Shown here in pieces: positions 20,808-31,097 of a stretch of 64,000 bases of DNA. Numbering within the stretch: the first letter of the stretch is position 1; each line of letters opens with the position of its first letter. The notes beneath the pieces are model-generated. The model did not search any database and was not told the DNA's origin. It worked only from the letters and a program-made list of their open reading frames with translations. The stretch comes from Gemmatimonadales bacterium (GTDB taxonomy: Bacteria > Gemmatimonadota > Gemmatimonadetes > Gemmatimonadales > GWC2-71-9). Where the stretch lies: NCBI GenBank assembly GCA_038250675.1, contig JBBSCB010000008.1:34740-98739 (forward strand), read 5' to 3'. Position numbers and translations under genes: made by a program.

Positions 20808-23141
20808 CTACTCCGCCACCGGCGCCAGCGCCTCCACCGGCAGCCATCCCTCGCGACCGTCCGGCGCGGCCACGAGGCGCCATCCCGGCACGGCGCGCAC
20901 GGGGCGCACCGCCGCACCAGATCCGACCACCACGATCTCCGGGGCCCGGCCATGCGGCGAGAGCCGGAGCGGGCCGGCGACCGTCACCAGCGCCAGCGGG
21001 CGGCCGTACCAGAAGCGCAACCCGACTGCGGCTCCGCCGCTGATGACCGCGGCCGTCAGCAGGGCCCCGACCCGTGCCCGCATGCGATTCCCACCGGTGA
21101 CGAAGAGCGACCAGCCCAGCACCCAGCACGCCAGGGCGGCGAGCGCGAGCTCGTCGGGCGTAAGCGGCGCCACCCACTCGCGGCGGGCCGACTCATCATC
21201 GGGGGCCGGCAGGAGATCCAGCGCCCGGCGCACGTCGGCGCGGCGCGGTGCCAGGCGCCGTGCACGCACCCATGCCGCCGTCGCCGCGCCATCGGCACCC
21301 AGCCGATACTCGGCGGCCCCGAGATCATACCAGTGCGCGGCGACGTTCGGCTCCGCGTGCGCCCGCCGGGCGAATCCGTCGGCCGCCGCATGGAGCGAGC
21401 CCGAGGCATACAACTGCTCGGGATTGGTCTGGGCACGCAGCGGAACCGCGGCGAGCAGGACCAGCAACGTCGCCGCCGCCGCCCGCCGCGGCCCACGGCG
21501 TGACGTGGCTCCGAGCCCACGCGTGAGGTCATCGAGCTCGCGGGCCAGCGCCGCGGTGCGCTCGCGATCGGTCGCGGCCGGCCCGTAGCGCGCCGCCAGA
21601 TAGGCATCGCGGGTCGCGGCGACCTTCGTGGCGAGTGCCGCATCCACGCCCGCGGCCCTGAGCGCGGCGGCGAGCGCCGGACCGGAGTAGCGGTCGACAT
21701 CCGGCACCAGCGCCCGGAGCGCGGCGTGCAGCCGGCGATCGGCGCCGAGGGGGTCGGGTCGCCATGTCGGTGCGGCTTGGCGGCGGCGGCGACAGCGCAG
21801 CTCGGCGGCGAGTGCCACGGCGGGCCCAAGCGCCGCGAGCAGCGCCCACAACCAGTGCGGCACGCCGGTGACGACTCGCCGCGGCAGCGCCGGCCGTTGG
21901 GGCACCATGAGCGGTGGTGGCGTCGCGCGCGCGGTCGACGCTTCGGCCGCCGGGGCAACGGTGACCGTCGCCGCCAGCACCGTGGCCACCCGGTAGCTGC
22001 GGCTGCCAAGATCGAAATACGGGTAGGACAGCGCGGGGAGCGTGAGCACGCCGGCGCTGTCCGGTACCGCGATCTGGTGGATCGTCCTGGTCCCGCCGAA
22101 CAGTCCGTCGGTCGTCCGCAACTGGTCGTCGGTGCGATCGACGTAGCCGCGCACGCTGGCCGGCCACCGCATGTCGGGCGCGGGCCAGAGCGCCACGTTT
22201 CCCGCGCCACTCACCGACACATCCACGTTGAGCGCTTCCCCGACGCGGCCGGCGGGCGGCGCCACGCTCCGCGCCACGTCGAGACCGCGACCGACCGCAC
22301 CACTGAACCCTGCGGGTCGGCCGGCTGCCGGGAGCGGAAGCACCGTCAGCGTCACCGCGTTGCTCTCCAGCATGAACTGCTCCTCCTGGCTGAAGAACTG
22401 GAGCGCCATCGGGACGCTGTAGCGGAGCGACGCCTTGGCCACGGTGAGCGGCCCGGGGACCAGCGGGAAGACCACCTGATGCATCACGAAGAGATCGTAC
22501 GACTCGCCAGCCACCTTCCGGGTGGCGGCGATGCCGAGCGGCACCGGCTGCGGGTAACTCCACACCCCTTCCGCCGCCGGCGGTTGCAGAGTCGGCGGCC
22601 GCCGCAGCTGCGCGCGGAGGTCGCGGGGGAACCATGCTGCGGTCACGACGTCGACCTGCTCGCCGACGTAGACCGTGTCCGCCGACGCCAGCACGACCAC
22701 GGCCGCCTTGCCCGGGCGCCTGGGTGGCGGCGCCCGCTCGAGCACCCGCCGGACGCGTGCACTCAATGTCGTGGCCGTCGCCGTGCCCGATCCCGCAGCC
22801 ACGGTCACGTCGAGTGTGCCGGTCTGGAGTATCTCTTGTCCCTGGCGCGCCCGGACCGGCCCCAGCGGCCACTTCCCGGCGCGGAGCGCACGCAGCGTCA
22901 CCTCCAGCGTGGTCGTGCGGGTCGGGCCCGCCCCCATGGAGACCTCGGTCTGCTCCGAGCGGCCGACGATCTCGAATCCGGGCAGCGGCGGGAGCGTGAC
23001 CTGCATCGGATCCAGCGACCGGCTCACGGCGCGCACGGTGAGCACCACCTCGTCGCCGATCGCGACGTGATCGCGATCGACCGACGCGGTGAGCGACGGC
23101 CCGCCCTGCAGCAGGGCCACTGCCAGCATGAGGGCTACCAA
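20808..23141 (-). CDS. batD: BatD-like protein fused in frame to a BatE-like TPR/SH3b module
   Basis: ORF 20808..23381 trimmed to TTG 23141; ATG 23129 is an alternative. BatD part: signal, ASVDRDHVAIGDEVVLTV..., repeated Ig-like segments, TM VPHWLWALLAALGPAVALAA, helical tail. From about 21490 downward: second hydrophobic anchor AAAATLLVLLAAVPLRAQ, TPR-like HWYDLGAAEYRLGADGAATAAWVRARRLAP, two TM helices, and C-terminal SH3b-like ...AVPGWRLVAAPDGREGWLPVEAL. Confidence 0.65.
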   Translation of the reverse strand: MVALMLAVALLQGGPSLTASVDRDHVAIGDEVVLTVRAVSRSLDPMQVTLPPLPGFEIVGRSEQTEVSMGAGPTRTTTLEVTLRALRAGKWPLGPVRARQGQEILQTGTLDVTVAAGSGTATATTLSARVRRVLERAPPPRRPGKAAVVVLASADTVYVGEQVDVVTAAWFPRDLRAQLRRPPTLQPPAAEGVWSYPQPVPLGIAATRKVAGESYDLFVMHQVVFPLVPGPLTVAKASLRYSVPMALQFFSQEEQFMLESNAVTLTVLPLPAAGRPAGFSGAVGRGLDVARSVAPPAGRVGEALNVDVSVSGAGNVALWPAPDMRWPASVRGYVDRTDDQLRTTDGLFGGTRTIHQIAVPDSAGVLTLPALSYPYFDLGSRSYRVATVLAATVTVAPAAEASTARATPPPLMVPQRPALPRRVVTGVPHWLWALLAALGPAVALAAELRCRRRRQAAPTWRPDPLGADRRLHAALRALVPDVDRYSGPALAAALRAAGVDAALATKVAATRDAYLAARYGPAATDRERTAALARELDDLTRGLGATSRRGPRRAAAATLLVLLAAVPLRAQTNPEQLYASGSLHAAADGFARRAHAEPNVAAHWYDLGAAEYRLGADGAATAAWVRARRLAPRRADVRRALDLLPAPDDESARREWVAPLTPDELALAALACWVLGWSLFVTGGNRMRARVGALLTAAVISGGAAVGLRFWYGRPLALVTVAGPLRLSPHGRAPEIVVVGSGAAVRPVRAVPGWRLVAAPDGREGWLPVEALAPVAE

Positions 23142-24760
23142 TCCTGCACTCCAGCGGTCGAGTTGGTCTGCGAGCGGCGCTGCTGGTCGGCACGGGTCGC
23201 CCGCTCCTGGCGCTCCATCGAGTTCAGAATCTGCTCCGCCTGATTGCGGGAGAGCCCGCCAGCCGCCGGCTGCTCCGCCGGCGGGGGCGGCTTGGGCTTC
23301 CCGCCGCCGCCCCCTCCGCCCCCGCCCCCACTCTGCGGCGGCGGCGGCGGGCGATGGCGCTCGGCGAGTTCCAGGTTCCACTTGGCGCGCTCCGACGATG
23401 GCTGGAGCATCAGCGCATCCCGGAGGCGACCGCTCGCCTCGTCGAGGAGCTCGTCGCGATGGGTCGAGTCGGCCTTGGCAGCGAGGAGCGCGACCACGCC
23501 CAGGTTGTACAGGGCGCGGTAGCGCAGTCCGGGATCGAGCGACTTGGCGGCTTCGGTCAACGCGCCCTTGGCGACGTCGAGCCGGCCGGCCTTAAGCGCG
23601 GCGGTGCCCGCGTTGTAGAACGACGTGTCACGCGCCGCGCCGGCACGGGCCTCGTCGAGAAACGCCGTGGCGGCCTCGGTCGGCTGGCCCTCCGCCATTG
23701 CCCGTTCGCCGGGCGTCGGTCGCTGGGCCTGGGCACCGCGCGCCAGGACCACCAGGCCGGCCAGCGCGACCAGCGCGGTCCCCCGCCGCGTCAACGTATA
23801 CAGCAGGAGGAAGAGCACGGCGGCCAGCAGCGGAATCCACGCGCGCGGCACGAGATCGGTGGTGCGGGTCTCGGCGGACGGGCTGCGCTTGTAGCGGGCG
23901 AGCAGATCGCGAATGGCACCAGCCTGGTCAGGAAGATCGGCGGCGATGAGCGAGCCGTCGGCCGCATCCGCAACGGCGCGCAGCACGTCGTCGCGCCGTG
24001 CGGTCTCGACGACGGCGCCCGATTCGTCCTGCTGGTACTTTAGCAGCGTGCCGGCCGAGTCGCGGATGGGGATCCGGGCCGGACGGGTCCCGCCCTCCGC
24101 CACGAGTACGAGCCGCACACCGGCGTCCTTGAGCGCTTTCGCTGCCGCGACGACATCGGCCAGCGAGTCGTGCGCCTCGGCGTCGGTGAAGACGGCGAGC
24201 ACGCGATCGGACACTTCCCCGGTACCGCCCAGCAGCTCGGCGCCCTGCGCGAGCACCGAGGCGAGACTCGTCCCCCCCTCGCTCGCGAGGTCCGGGTCGA
24301 GCGCATCGAGGTCGAGCCGCACCGCCGCGCCATCGACGGTGAGCGGCGCCAGGATGTAGCTGCGTCCCGCGAAGGCGATGAGCCCGACCCGGTCTCCCGG
24401 CGAATCGTCGAGCAGGCGCCGCGCCTCGCGCACCGCCCGGCCGAGCCGGCTGGGCTTGACGTCCTCCGCCAGCATCGAGCGGCTGATGTCGACGGCCATC
24501 ACGATGCTCAGCGCGTGGGTGCGCGTGGTGACTTCGGCGCGGCCGCCGCGGGGACCCGCGAGCGCCACGATCGCAAGCAGCGCCACCAGCGCAAAGAGCA
24601 GTGGCGCCCAGCGCCCACGCGCCCGCGCCAGCGCACCAAGCGACGCCGACCAGGCCGACGCGAGCCGCACGCGGCGGCGGCGCGCGAGCCAGACCAGGCC
24701 GGCCACCAGCAGCGCCACCAGCGGCGCCAACGCGAGCAGCAGCGGCGCGTCGAAAATCAT
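23135..24760 (-). CDS. batB: BatB-like VWA protein fused to a BatC-like TPR region
   Basis: 541 aa. N-terminal TM helices, VWA MIDAS MAVDISRSM, TM, TPR-like repeats, low-complexity PPPPPQSGGGGGGGGGGKPKPPPP, C-terminal QAEQILNSMERQE. Confidence 0.7.
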   Translation of the reverse strand: MIFDAPLLLALAPLVALLVAGLVWLARRRRVRLASAWSASLGALARARGRWAPLLFALVALLAIVALAGPRGGRAEVTTRTHALSIVMAVDISRSMLAEDVKPSRLGRAVREARRLLDDSPGDRVGLIAFAGRSYILAPLTVDGAAVRLDLDALDPDLASEGGTSLASVLAQGAELLGGTGEVSDRVLAVFTDAEAHDSLADVVAAAKALKDAGVRLVLVAEGGTRPARIPIRDSAGTLLKYQQDESGAVVETARRDDVLRAVADAADGSLIAADLPDQAGAIRDLLARYKRSPSAETRTTDLVPRAWIPLLAAVLFLLLYTLTRRGTALVALAGLVVLARGAQAQRPTPGERAMAEGQPTEAATAFLDEARAGAARDTSFYNAGTAALKAGRLDVAKGALTEAAKSLDPGLRYRALYNLGVVALLAAKADSTHRDELLDEASGRLRDALMLQPSSERAKWNLELAERHRPPPPPQSGGGGGGGGGGKPKPPPPAEQPAAGGLSRNQAEQILNSMERQERATRADQQRRSQTNSTAGVQDW

Positions 24761-25728
24761 GGAACGCGCACCACGAGCGTGGCACTGACCAGCAGCTCGA
24801 GCGCGAGCGCGCCCAGACCCAGCAGGATCAGCGGCCGCGTCTCCTCGTCGTACCGCGCGTACCGCGTCACCTGAATCGGGGTCTTCTCCAGCTGATCGAT
24901 CTGGTGGAAGATGCGGTCGAGCGCCTCGCTGTCGGTCGCGCGGAAATAGCGGCCACCCGTCTCCTGCGCGATCTCCCGCAGCAACGGCTCGTCGATCCGG
25001 ACCGGCAGCATCTCATACCGGAACCCACCGGCCCCGCGGCCGGTGGGTATCGGCGCCTCGCCGATGGTCCCCACACCGATGGTGTACACCTTGACGCCGT
25101 ACGCCGAGGCCGTCGCCGCCGCGGTCCGCGGATCGATCAGCCCCTTGTTGTTTTCCCCGTCGGTGAGGAGGAGCACCACCTTCGACCGGTTGGGCGTGTG
25201 CCGCAGGCGGTTGACCGCGATGGCGAGTCCGCTGCCGATCGCGGTGCCGTCCTCGAGACTGCCGATGCGGAGGTCCATCACGGCCTGCTCGACGACGGCA
25301 TAGTCCAGCGTGACCGGCACCTGGGTAAGTGCCTCACCCGCAAAGGCCACGAGACCGATGCGGTCGGCCTGCCGCCCGCGAATGAAACTGACGGCCTCCC
25401 GCTTGGCGACCTCGAGACGGTTGGACGGCGCAAAGTCCTCCGCAAGCATGCTGCTGGAGATGTCGATCGCAATCACGATCGCGATGCCTTCCTTCTTCGT
25501 CTCGATGGTGTCACCGCCCAGCCGCGGCCCCGCCGCGCCGATGATCCACGCACCCATCGCGAGCCCGCGAAAGACTACCGGCATCCGGGTCCACCAGGGC
25601 GATCGCGCGGCCGCGGCCGGCAGCGACACGTCGCTGTAGGAGACCGCGGAGCTCCGCCGGCGGCGACGCCACCACCAGACGACGAGCGTCAGCAGGAGCA
25701 GGAGAAGCCACGGGCGTGCGAACGTCAT
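24757..25728 (-). CDS. batA: BatA-like VWA domain membrane protein
   Basis: 323 aa. MTFARPWLLLLLLTLVVWWWRRRR, MIDAS IAIDISSSM, LLTDGENN, C-terminal TM. ATGA overlaps at both ends. Confidence 0.8.
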   Translation of the reverse strand: MTFARPWLLLLLLTLVVWWWRRRRRSSAVSYSDVSLPAAAARSPWWTRMPVVFRGLAMGAWIIGAAGPRLGGDTIETKKEGIAIVIAIDISSSMLAEDFAPSNRLEVAKREAVSFIRGRQADRIGLVAFAGEALTQVPVTLDYAVVEQAVMDLRIGSLEDGTAIGSGLAIAVNRLRHTPNRSKVVLLLTDGENNKGLIDPRTAAATASAYGVKVYTIGVGTIGEAPIPTGRGAGGFRYEMLPVRIDEPLLREIAQETGGRYFRATDSEALDRIFHQIDQLEKTPIQVTRYARYDEETRPLILLGLGALALELLVSATLVVRVP

Positions 25729-26537
25729 GCCGGCGTCTCCGCCGCGCTGACACGGCCGGCCAGCTCCATCGCGCGGGCAAACAGGGCCAGCGCCCCGTCG
25801 GGCGGCTCACCGCCGAAGCGTGCGGCATCGAGCGCCGCGAGCGTGTCCGCAATGTCGGCGACGGGCCAGTCGGCCGGCGCGGCGCCGAGCTGGTTCACGA
25901 CGGCTGGGGTGTCGAGTCCCGGGTGTGCGGCGGGCAGCCGAGCGGCGATCGCCCGACGGAGGCGCGCCGCGGCCACCGCGAGCACGGTCCGGGACTCGCC
26001 GGCCTCAGCCCAGCGCGCGAGCGGCGGCTCGACCACCGGACGGCGCGCCGCGGTGGCCGCCGGCTGACCGCGGCGGCGCCACCACCAGTGGAGCGGCACC
26101 AGCAGGATGAATGCAGCCGCGAGCAGGATGGCGACGGGCAGCCACGCGACGACGCGCCGATGCACCAGCCCCGCGACCGGCTGGGGATGGAGCGCGCTGT
26201 CGGGCGCGTTGGCCGGCAGCACACTGGCCACCACCAGCGTCGTGTCGGCCGCCGGCAGCGAGTCCACGCCGCCGTCCGCCGCCAGCAGCAGCGGCCCGGG
26301 AACATGAACCGTATGCGATCCGGCGGTCCAGACGACGACCGGGTACGCCACCTCGACGACGCCGTTGACCGTGGTGACCCGCGGCCGGCCCAGCAGCTCA
26401 ACGTCTCCGCTCAGCTCCCAGCCGGCCGGACGCACGGTCTGGCCGCGCGGCACGGTGACCTGCCGGGTGACCCAGAGCGTGTCGCCGACGGTCGGGGGCC
26501 GCGCCTGCACCAGCAGCGCCAGCAGCAGCGTGATCAT
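25725..26537 (-). CDS. Single-pass membrane protein of the Bat/MoxR operon (DUF4381-/BatD-tail-like)
   Basis: ORF trimmed to ATG 26537 (ATGA overlap with DUF58). Signal MITLLLALLVQA, beta-rich ectodomain, TM VAWLPVAILLAAAFILLVPLHWWWRRR, Ala/Arg-rich helical tail. Confidence 0.5.
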   Translation of the reverse strand: MITLLLALLVQARPPTVGDTLWVTRQVTVPRGQTVRPAGWELSGDVELLGRPRVTTVNGVVEVAYPVVVWTAGSHTVHVPGPLLLAADGGVDSLPAADTTLVVASVLPANAPDSALHPQPVAGLVHRRVVAWLPVAILLAAAFILLVPLHWWWRRRGQPAATAARRPVVEPPLARWAEAGESRTVLAVAAARLRRAIAARLPAAHPGLDTPAVVNQLGAAPADWPVADIADTLAALDAARFGGEPPDGALALFARAMELAGRVSAAETPA

Positions 26538-27421
26538 CCGCGCCGCAGCCGGCGCGCCCGCCGCGCAAACGCCTGCCTGAGCGGGAGCGCGTACGGGCGA
26601 TCGGTACGCAGAAGGATCTGGTCCACACCGGCCGCACCGAGCATTCGGGTTCGCTCGGAGCGGCGCCGCTCGGCCAGTGCCCGGAGTCGCTCTCGCACGT
26701 CGCGGTTGCCGGTGTCCACCAGTACGCGCTGCCCCGATTCCGCGTCCACCAGCTCGACCCAGCCGGACTCCGGCAACTCCAGCTCGCGGGGGTCCTCGAT
26801 TACGATGGCGACGATCTCGTGCCGCGCCGCGAGGCGCCGGAGCGGCTTGTCCCATCCCTCCGCAAGGAAATCGGAGAGCACGGCAACGATGGCGCGGTGG
26901 CGCAGCAGGCGGCTGGCGTAGAGCAAACTGGCGGCAAGGTTGGTCCGCTTGCCCTCAGGGGCGAACGCCACCAGATCGCGGATCACCCGGAGCGCGTGGC
27001 GGCGCCCCTTGGCGGGTGGCACGACGCGCTCGACCTCGTCCGCGAACAGCAGTGCACCGACGCGGTCGTTGTGGTGCGCGGCGGCGAGCGCCAGCACCGC
27101 GCCGACTTCCACGCCGAGCGCGCCCTTGGTGACCGGCTCGCCAAAGTGGGTGGACCCCGACTGGTCCACCACCAGCATCAGCGTGAGCTCCCGCTCTTCG
27201 GTGAACGTCTTGACGTACGGACTGGCAAGACGGGCGGACACGTTCCAGTCGATGGCCCGGAAGTCATCGCCCGGCTCGTAGGCCCGCACTTCGGCGAACT
27301 CCATGCCCTGGCCGCGGAACACGGACCGGTACTCGCCGGCAAAGAGCGACGTGACCAGTCCGCGGGTGCGGAGCTCGATGCCTTTGACCTGGCGGAGGAC
27401 GTCGGGAGAAATGGGAGGCAT
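26534..27421 (-). CDS. DUF58 domain protein (MoxR-associated)
   Basis: 295 aa. GEYRSVFRGQGMEFAEVRAYEPGDDFRAIDWNVSARL is the DUF58 signature. VWA-like C-terminal half. Confidence 0.85.
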   Translation of the reverse strand: MPPISPDVLRQVKGIELRTRGLVTSLFAGEYRSVFRGQGMEFAEVRAYEPGDDFRAIDWNVSARLASPYVKTFTEERELTLMLVVDQSGSTHFGEPVTKGALGVEVGAVLALAAAHHNDRVGALLFADEVERVVPPAKGRRHALRVIRDLVAFAPEGKRTNLAASLLYASRLLRHRAIVAVLSDFLAEGWDKPLRRLAARHEIVAIVIEDPRELELPESGWVELVDAESGQRVLVDTGNRDVRERLRALAERRRSERTRMLGAAGVDQILLRTDRPYALPLRQAFARRARRLRRG

Positions 27422-27451
27422 GGGAGGCGGCAGCGTCGAGGGATGGCGCCG

Positions 27452-28432
<981 letters not shown>

Positions 28433-28445
28433 CTCCTCCGGAATG

Positions 28446-29177
28446 TCAGTCGTTGGCCGGGTCGAGCCGCACCGCGCGGTAGATCGCCCGCTCCTCGGCC
28501 GGTGTCAGCGGCCGGTATCGTCCCACCGGCAGCGTGCCCAGCCGCACCGGACCATAGGAGAGTCGCGCCAGGCGTTCCACCTTCAGCCCGAGCGCCTCGC
28601 ACCAGCGTCGCACGATCCGGTTGCGACCCTCCTGCAGCGTCAGATCCACGATGCTCCGGCCGTCCGTGCCCGGACGCACCCGCACCTCCGCCGGTTCCAC
28701 CGCGCGCCCGTCCACGACGACGCTCCCCCGTACCGCCGCTGTGATCTCCGCGATCGAACGGCCATGGACCAGCGCGGTGTAGCGGCGCGGGATCCGGTAG
28801 CGCGGATGGGTCAGCCGATTGACCGCCTCGCCGTCGGTGGTGAGCAGCAGGAGCCCGGTCGTCATCACGTCCAGCCGGCCCACGTAGGTCAGCCCCTTGG
28901 GATCGGGCACGAAGTCGAGGACCGTGCGGCGCCCCTCGTCGTCGCTCGCGGTGGTGACCACGCCGAGCGGCTTGTGGAAGGCGAGCCAGCGACGCTCCAC
29001 CTGGCTGACCGCGCGGCCGCCGACGGTGATCTTCTGCCGATCAGGGTCCACTTTGCTGCCGAGGGTGGCGACCTTGCCGTCCACCCGGACCTTGCCGGCC
29101 TCGATCAGCTCCTCGGCCGCGCGCCGTGATGCGACACCGGCGCGGGCCAATGCGCGTTGCAGCCGCATCTCGCTCAT
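28446..29177 (-). CDS. rluB: Pseudouridine synthase, RsuA/RluB family (S4 domain + catalytic domain)
   Basis: 243 aa. S4 domain MRLQRALARAGVASRRAAEELIEAGKVRVDG. Catalytic VGRLDVMTTGLLLLTTDG. Confidence 0.85.
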   Translation of the reverse strand: MSEMRLQRALARAGVASRRAAEELIEAGKVRVDGKVATLGSKVDPDRQKITVGGRAVSQVERRWLAFHKPLGVVTTASDDEGRRTVLDFVPDPKGLTYVGRLDVMTTGLLLLTTDGEAVNRLTHPRYRIPRRYTALVHGRSIAEITAAVRGSVVVDGRAVEPAEVRVRPGTDGRSIVDLTLQEGRNRIVRRWCEALGLKVERLARLSYGPVRLGTLPVGRYRPLTPAEERAIYRAVRLDPAND

Positions 29178-29755
29178 GATTCCGCCGCGATGCTCATGCT
29201 GGCGCCCTCGGTGTCCCCGGTGGCCACATGCGGCTGCAGGGCGATCGTCAGCTCCTCCGCCTTGGGCAGATCGGTGATGTCGCGCAGTCCTAGCAGCTCG
29301 AGGAAGAGCGGCGCCGTGCCGTAGAGCAGCGGCCGCCCGAGCCCCTCGGAGCGACCCACCACCTCGATCAGCCCGCGCTCCTGCAGCGAGCGCAGCACGC
29401 CGCCCGCCGAGACACCGCGGATCTCCTCGATCTCGGCGCGGCCCACCGGCTGACGATAGGCAATCACGGCGAGCGTCTCGAGGGTTGCCGGGGTGAGCCG
29501 CGGCGTCCGGACCGAGAATTGTGCGCGCTCGATCGCGGCGGCATGCACCGGCCGCGTGAGGATCTGGTAGCCGCCCGCGAGCTCGAGGAGCTCGACGCCG
29601 TGCTGGTCAAAGTCGTAGTGCTCGCGCAGCTGTTCCAGGGCGACGCGCACGTCCGCATGCGTCGCATCGGCGTCGAGCGTGCCCAGCTCTTCCACGGTAA
29701 GCGGACGGGGCGCGGAGAACAGCGCGGCTTCAAGCAGCTGAGCGAGAGGCGTCAC
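29174..29755 (-). CDS. scpB: Segregation and condensation protein B
   Basis: ORF trimmed to GTG 29755; TTG 29761 is an alternative. LEAALFSAPRPLTVEEL...TLAVIAYRQPVGRAEIEEIRGV...LQERGLI. Overlaps the scpA end by about 26 nt. Confidence 0.85.
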   Translation of the reverse strand: MTPLAQLLEAALFSAPRPLTVEELGTLDADATHADVRVALEQLREHYDFDQHGVELLELAGGYQILTRPVHAAAIERAQFSVRTPRLTPATLETLAVIAYRQPVGRAEIEEIRGVSAGGVLRSLQERGLIEVVGRSEGLGRPLLYGTAPLFLELLGLRDITDLPKAEELTIALQPHVATGDTEGASMSIAAES

Positions 29756-30476
29756 GGGCAATGACCATCGGCGAGAACGGCGCCGGTTGCGAGATATGGA
29801 GCGCGCCGCGCCTGGCCAGCTCCAGGACGGCGAGCAGCGTGGAGAGCAGGTCCACGATCGTCGGCCGCGGGCCGAGCGCCTCGATCCAGCCGATCTCATC
29901 GCGTTCGGCCAGCAACGCCTCGATGCGGCGCGTTGCCGACTCCACATCGAGCGGACGGGCGACCACGTTGTGCAGCACTGGCGACGGGATCGCGGCGATG
30001 ACGCGCTCCACCGCCTGGAGCAGGTCGAGGATGTCCAGCGTCAGCGGCGGCGGGGGCAGTGCCGGCGGCGGCGGCAGATACGCGCGGGCATGGCGCTCGG
30101 CCCGGCGCTCGGCGGAGCGCCCCATCCAGATGGCGATCTCCCGGATCTGCTGGTACTCCAGCAGCCGGCGGACCAGTTCCGCACGCGGGTCCTCCCAGCC
30201 GTCCTCCTCCGAATGCCGCGGCAGCAGCATCTGCACCTTGAGCCGCAGCAGACGGCTGGCCATGTCGAGATAGTCGGCCGCCTGGTTGAGCCCGAGCGCG
30301 TGGATCGACCGGAGGAACTGATCCGCGATGCGGGCGATGGGAATGTCCGCGATCTCGATCCGCTCCTCCCGGAGCAGATGCAGCAGGAGATCGAGCGGAC
30401 CCGAAAAGGCGTCGAGCTCGACGACGAACGCCGGACCGGCGCCCAGTGCGGTGGTCTGGCCGGCGGGCGCGGTCAT
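29730..30476 (-). CDS. scpA: Segregation and condensation protein A
   Basis: 248 aa. LDAFSGPLDLLLHLLREERIEIADIPIARIADQFL.... Confidence 0.88.
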   Translation of the reverse strand: MTAPAGQTTALGAGPAFVVELDAFSGPLDLLLHLLREERIEIADIPIARIADQFLRSIHALGLNQAADYLDMASRLLRLKVQMLLPRHSEEDGWEDPRAELVRRLLEYQQIREIAIWMGRSAERRAERHARAYLPPPPALPPPPLTLDILDLLQAVERVIAAIPSPVLHNVVARPLDVESATRRIEALLAERDEIGWIEALGPRPTIVDLLSTLLAVLELARRGALHISQPAPFSPMVIARDASRSAA

Positions 30477-30625
30477 GCGGAACGCCGGGGGCCGGCGGTC
30501 AGGGCGAAGACGGCGCGCTCGTGCGGGTTCGGTCGGCTGGGCAACTGGTCCAGGGCGGGTCGTCCTGTGGAAGGTCCGGCGGAAGGTTAAACGCCCGGCG
30601 TGGGCAAGTCAAAAGCCCATCCCGC

Positions 30626-30654
30626 TTGACGTTGCGGGCGATCACGGGTATACT
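30626..30654 (+). promoter_or_regulatory. Strong sigma70-type promoter of rpsT
   Basis: TTGACG (30626..30631), 17 nt, TATACT (30649..30654), 53 nt upstream of GTG 30708. A divergent TTGACT lies on the minus strand at 30612..30607 and could serve scpA. Confidence 0.6.
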
Positions 30655-30707
30655 GCCGGGCTCGTGTGATCGGCAGTTGCCACGTCTACTTCGCACCCGG
30701 GATCGTT

Positions 30708-30965
30708 GTGCCGAGAATCAAGTCCGCCAAGAAGCGCATGCGTCAGGCCAAGGGAGCCACCGCGCGCAACCGCACCCAGCGCAGTCAGCTCCGCACCGCG
30801 GTCAAGAAGGTCCGCAGCGCGGCCGCGAATGACGCGCCGGCGGCGTATGCTGACGCGGTCAAGCTGCTCGACCGCGCCGGGCGCAAGAATCTGATCCATC
30901 GGAACGCCGCGGCTCGGCAGAAGAGCCGCCTCGCCAAGGTCGTTGCGAAGGCCACCGCGAAGTAG
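30708..30965 (+). CDS. rpsT: 30S ribosomal protein S20
   Basis: ORF 30666..30965 trimmed to GTG 30708. [34 protein letters not shown].... Confidence 0.9.
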   Translation: MPRIKSAKKRMRQAKGATARNRTQRSQLRTAVKKVRSAAANDAPAAYADAVKLLDRAGRKNLIHRNAAARQKSRLAKVVAKATAK

Positions 30966-30985
30966 TCAGGCCAGCCGACAGGTCA

Positions 30986-31018
30986 GCGGGGGCGACGCAG
31001 TGCGTCGCCCCCGCTTTG
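30986..31018. terminator. Rho-independent-type terminator between convergent rpsT and the zinc-ribbon gene
   Basis: GCGGGGGCGACGCA-gt-GCGTCGCCCCCGC followed by TTTG. Confidence 0.7.
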
Positions 31019-31097
31019 CATGCCGGAGTCCAAGCTCACATGTAAGATGAGGTCGTCGCATCAACCTACTGGTACATCACCACTTGAACGATCGGCA

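Noticed and set aside
30540-30605. SRP (4.5S) RNA-like string GGTCCGGCGGAAGG
   Set aside because: It differs from the conserved AGGUCCGGAAGGAAGCAGC domain IV motif (the tetraloop context is disrupted). No complementary 3' strand is present. The region is better explained as the scpA leader and the divergent promoter zone.
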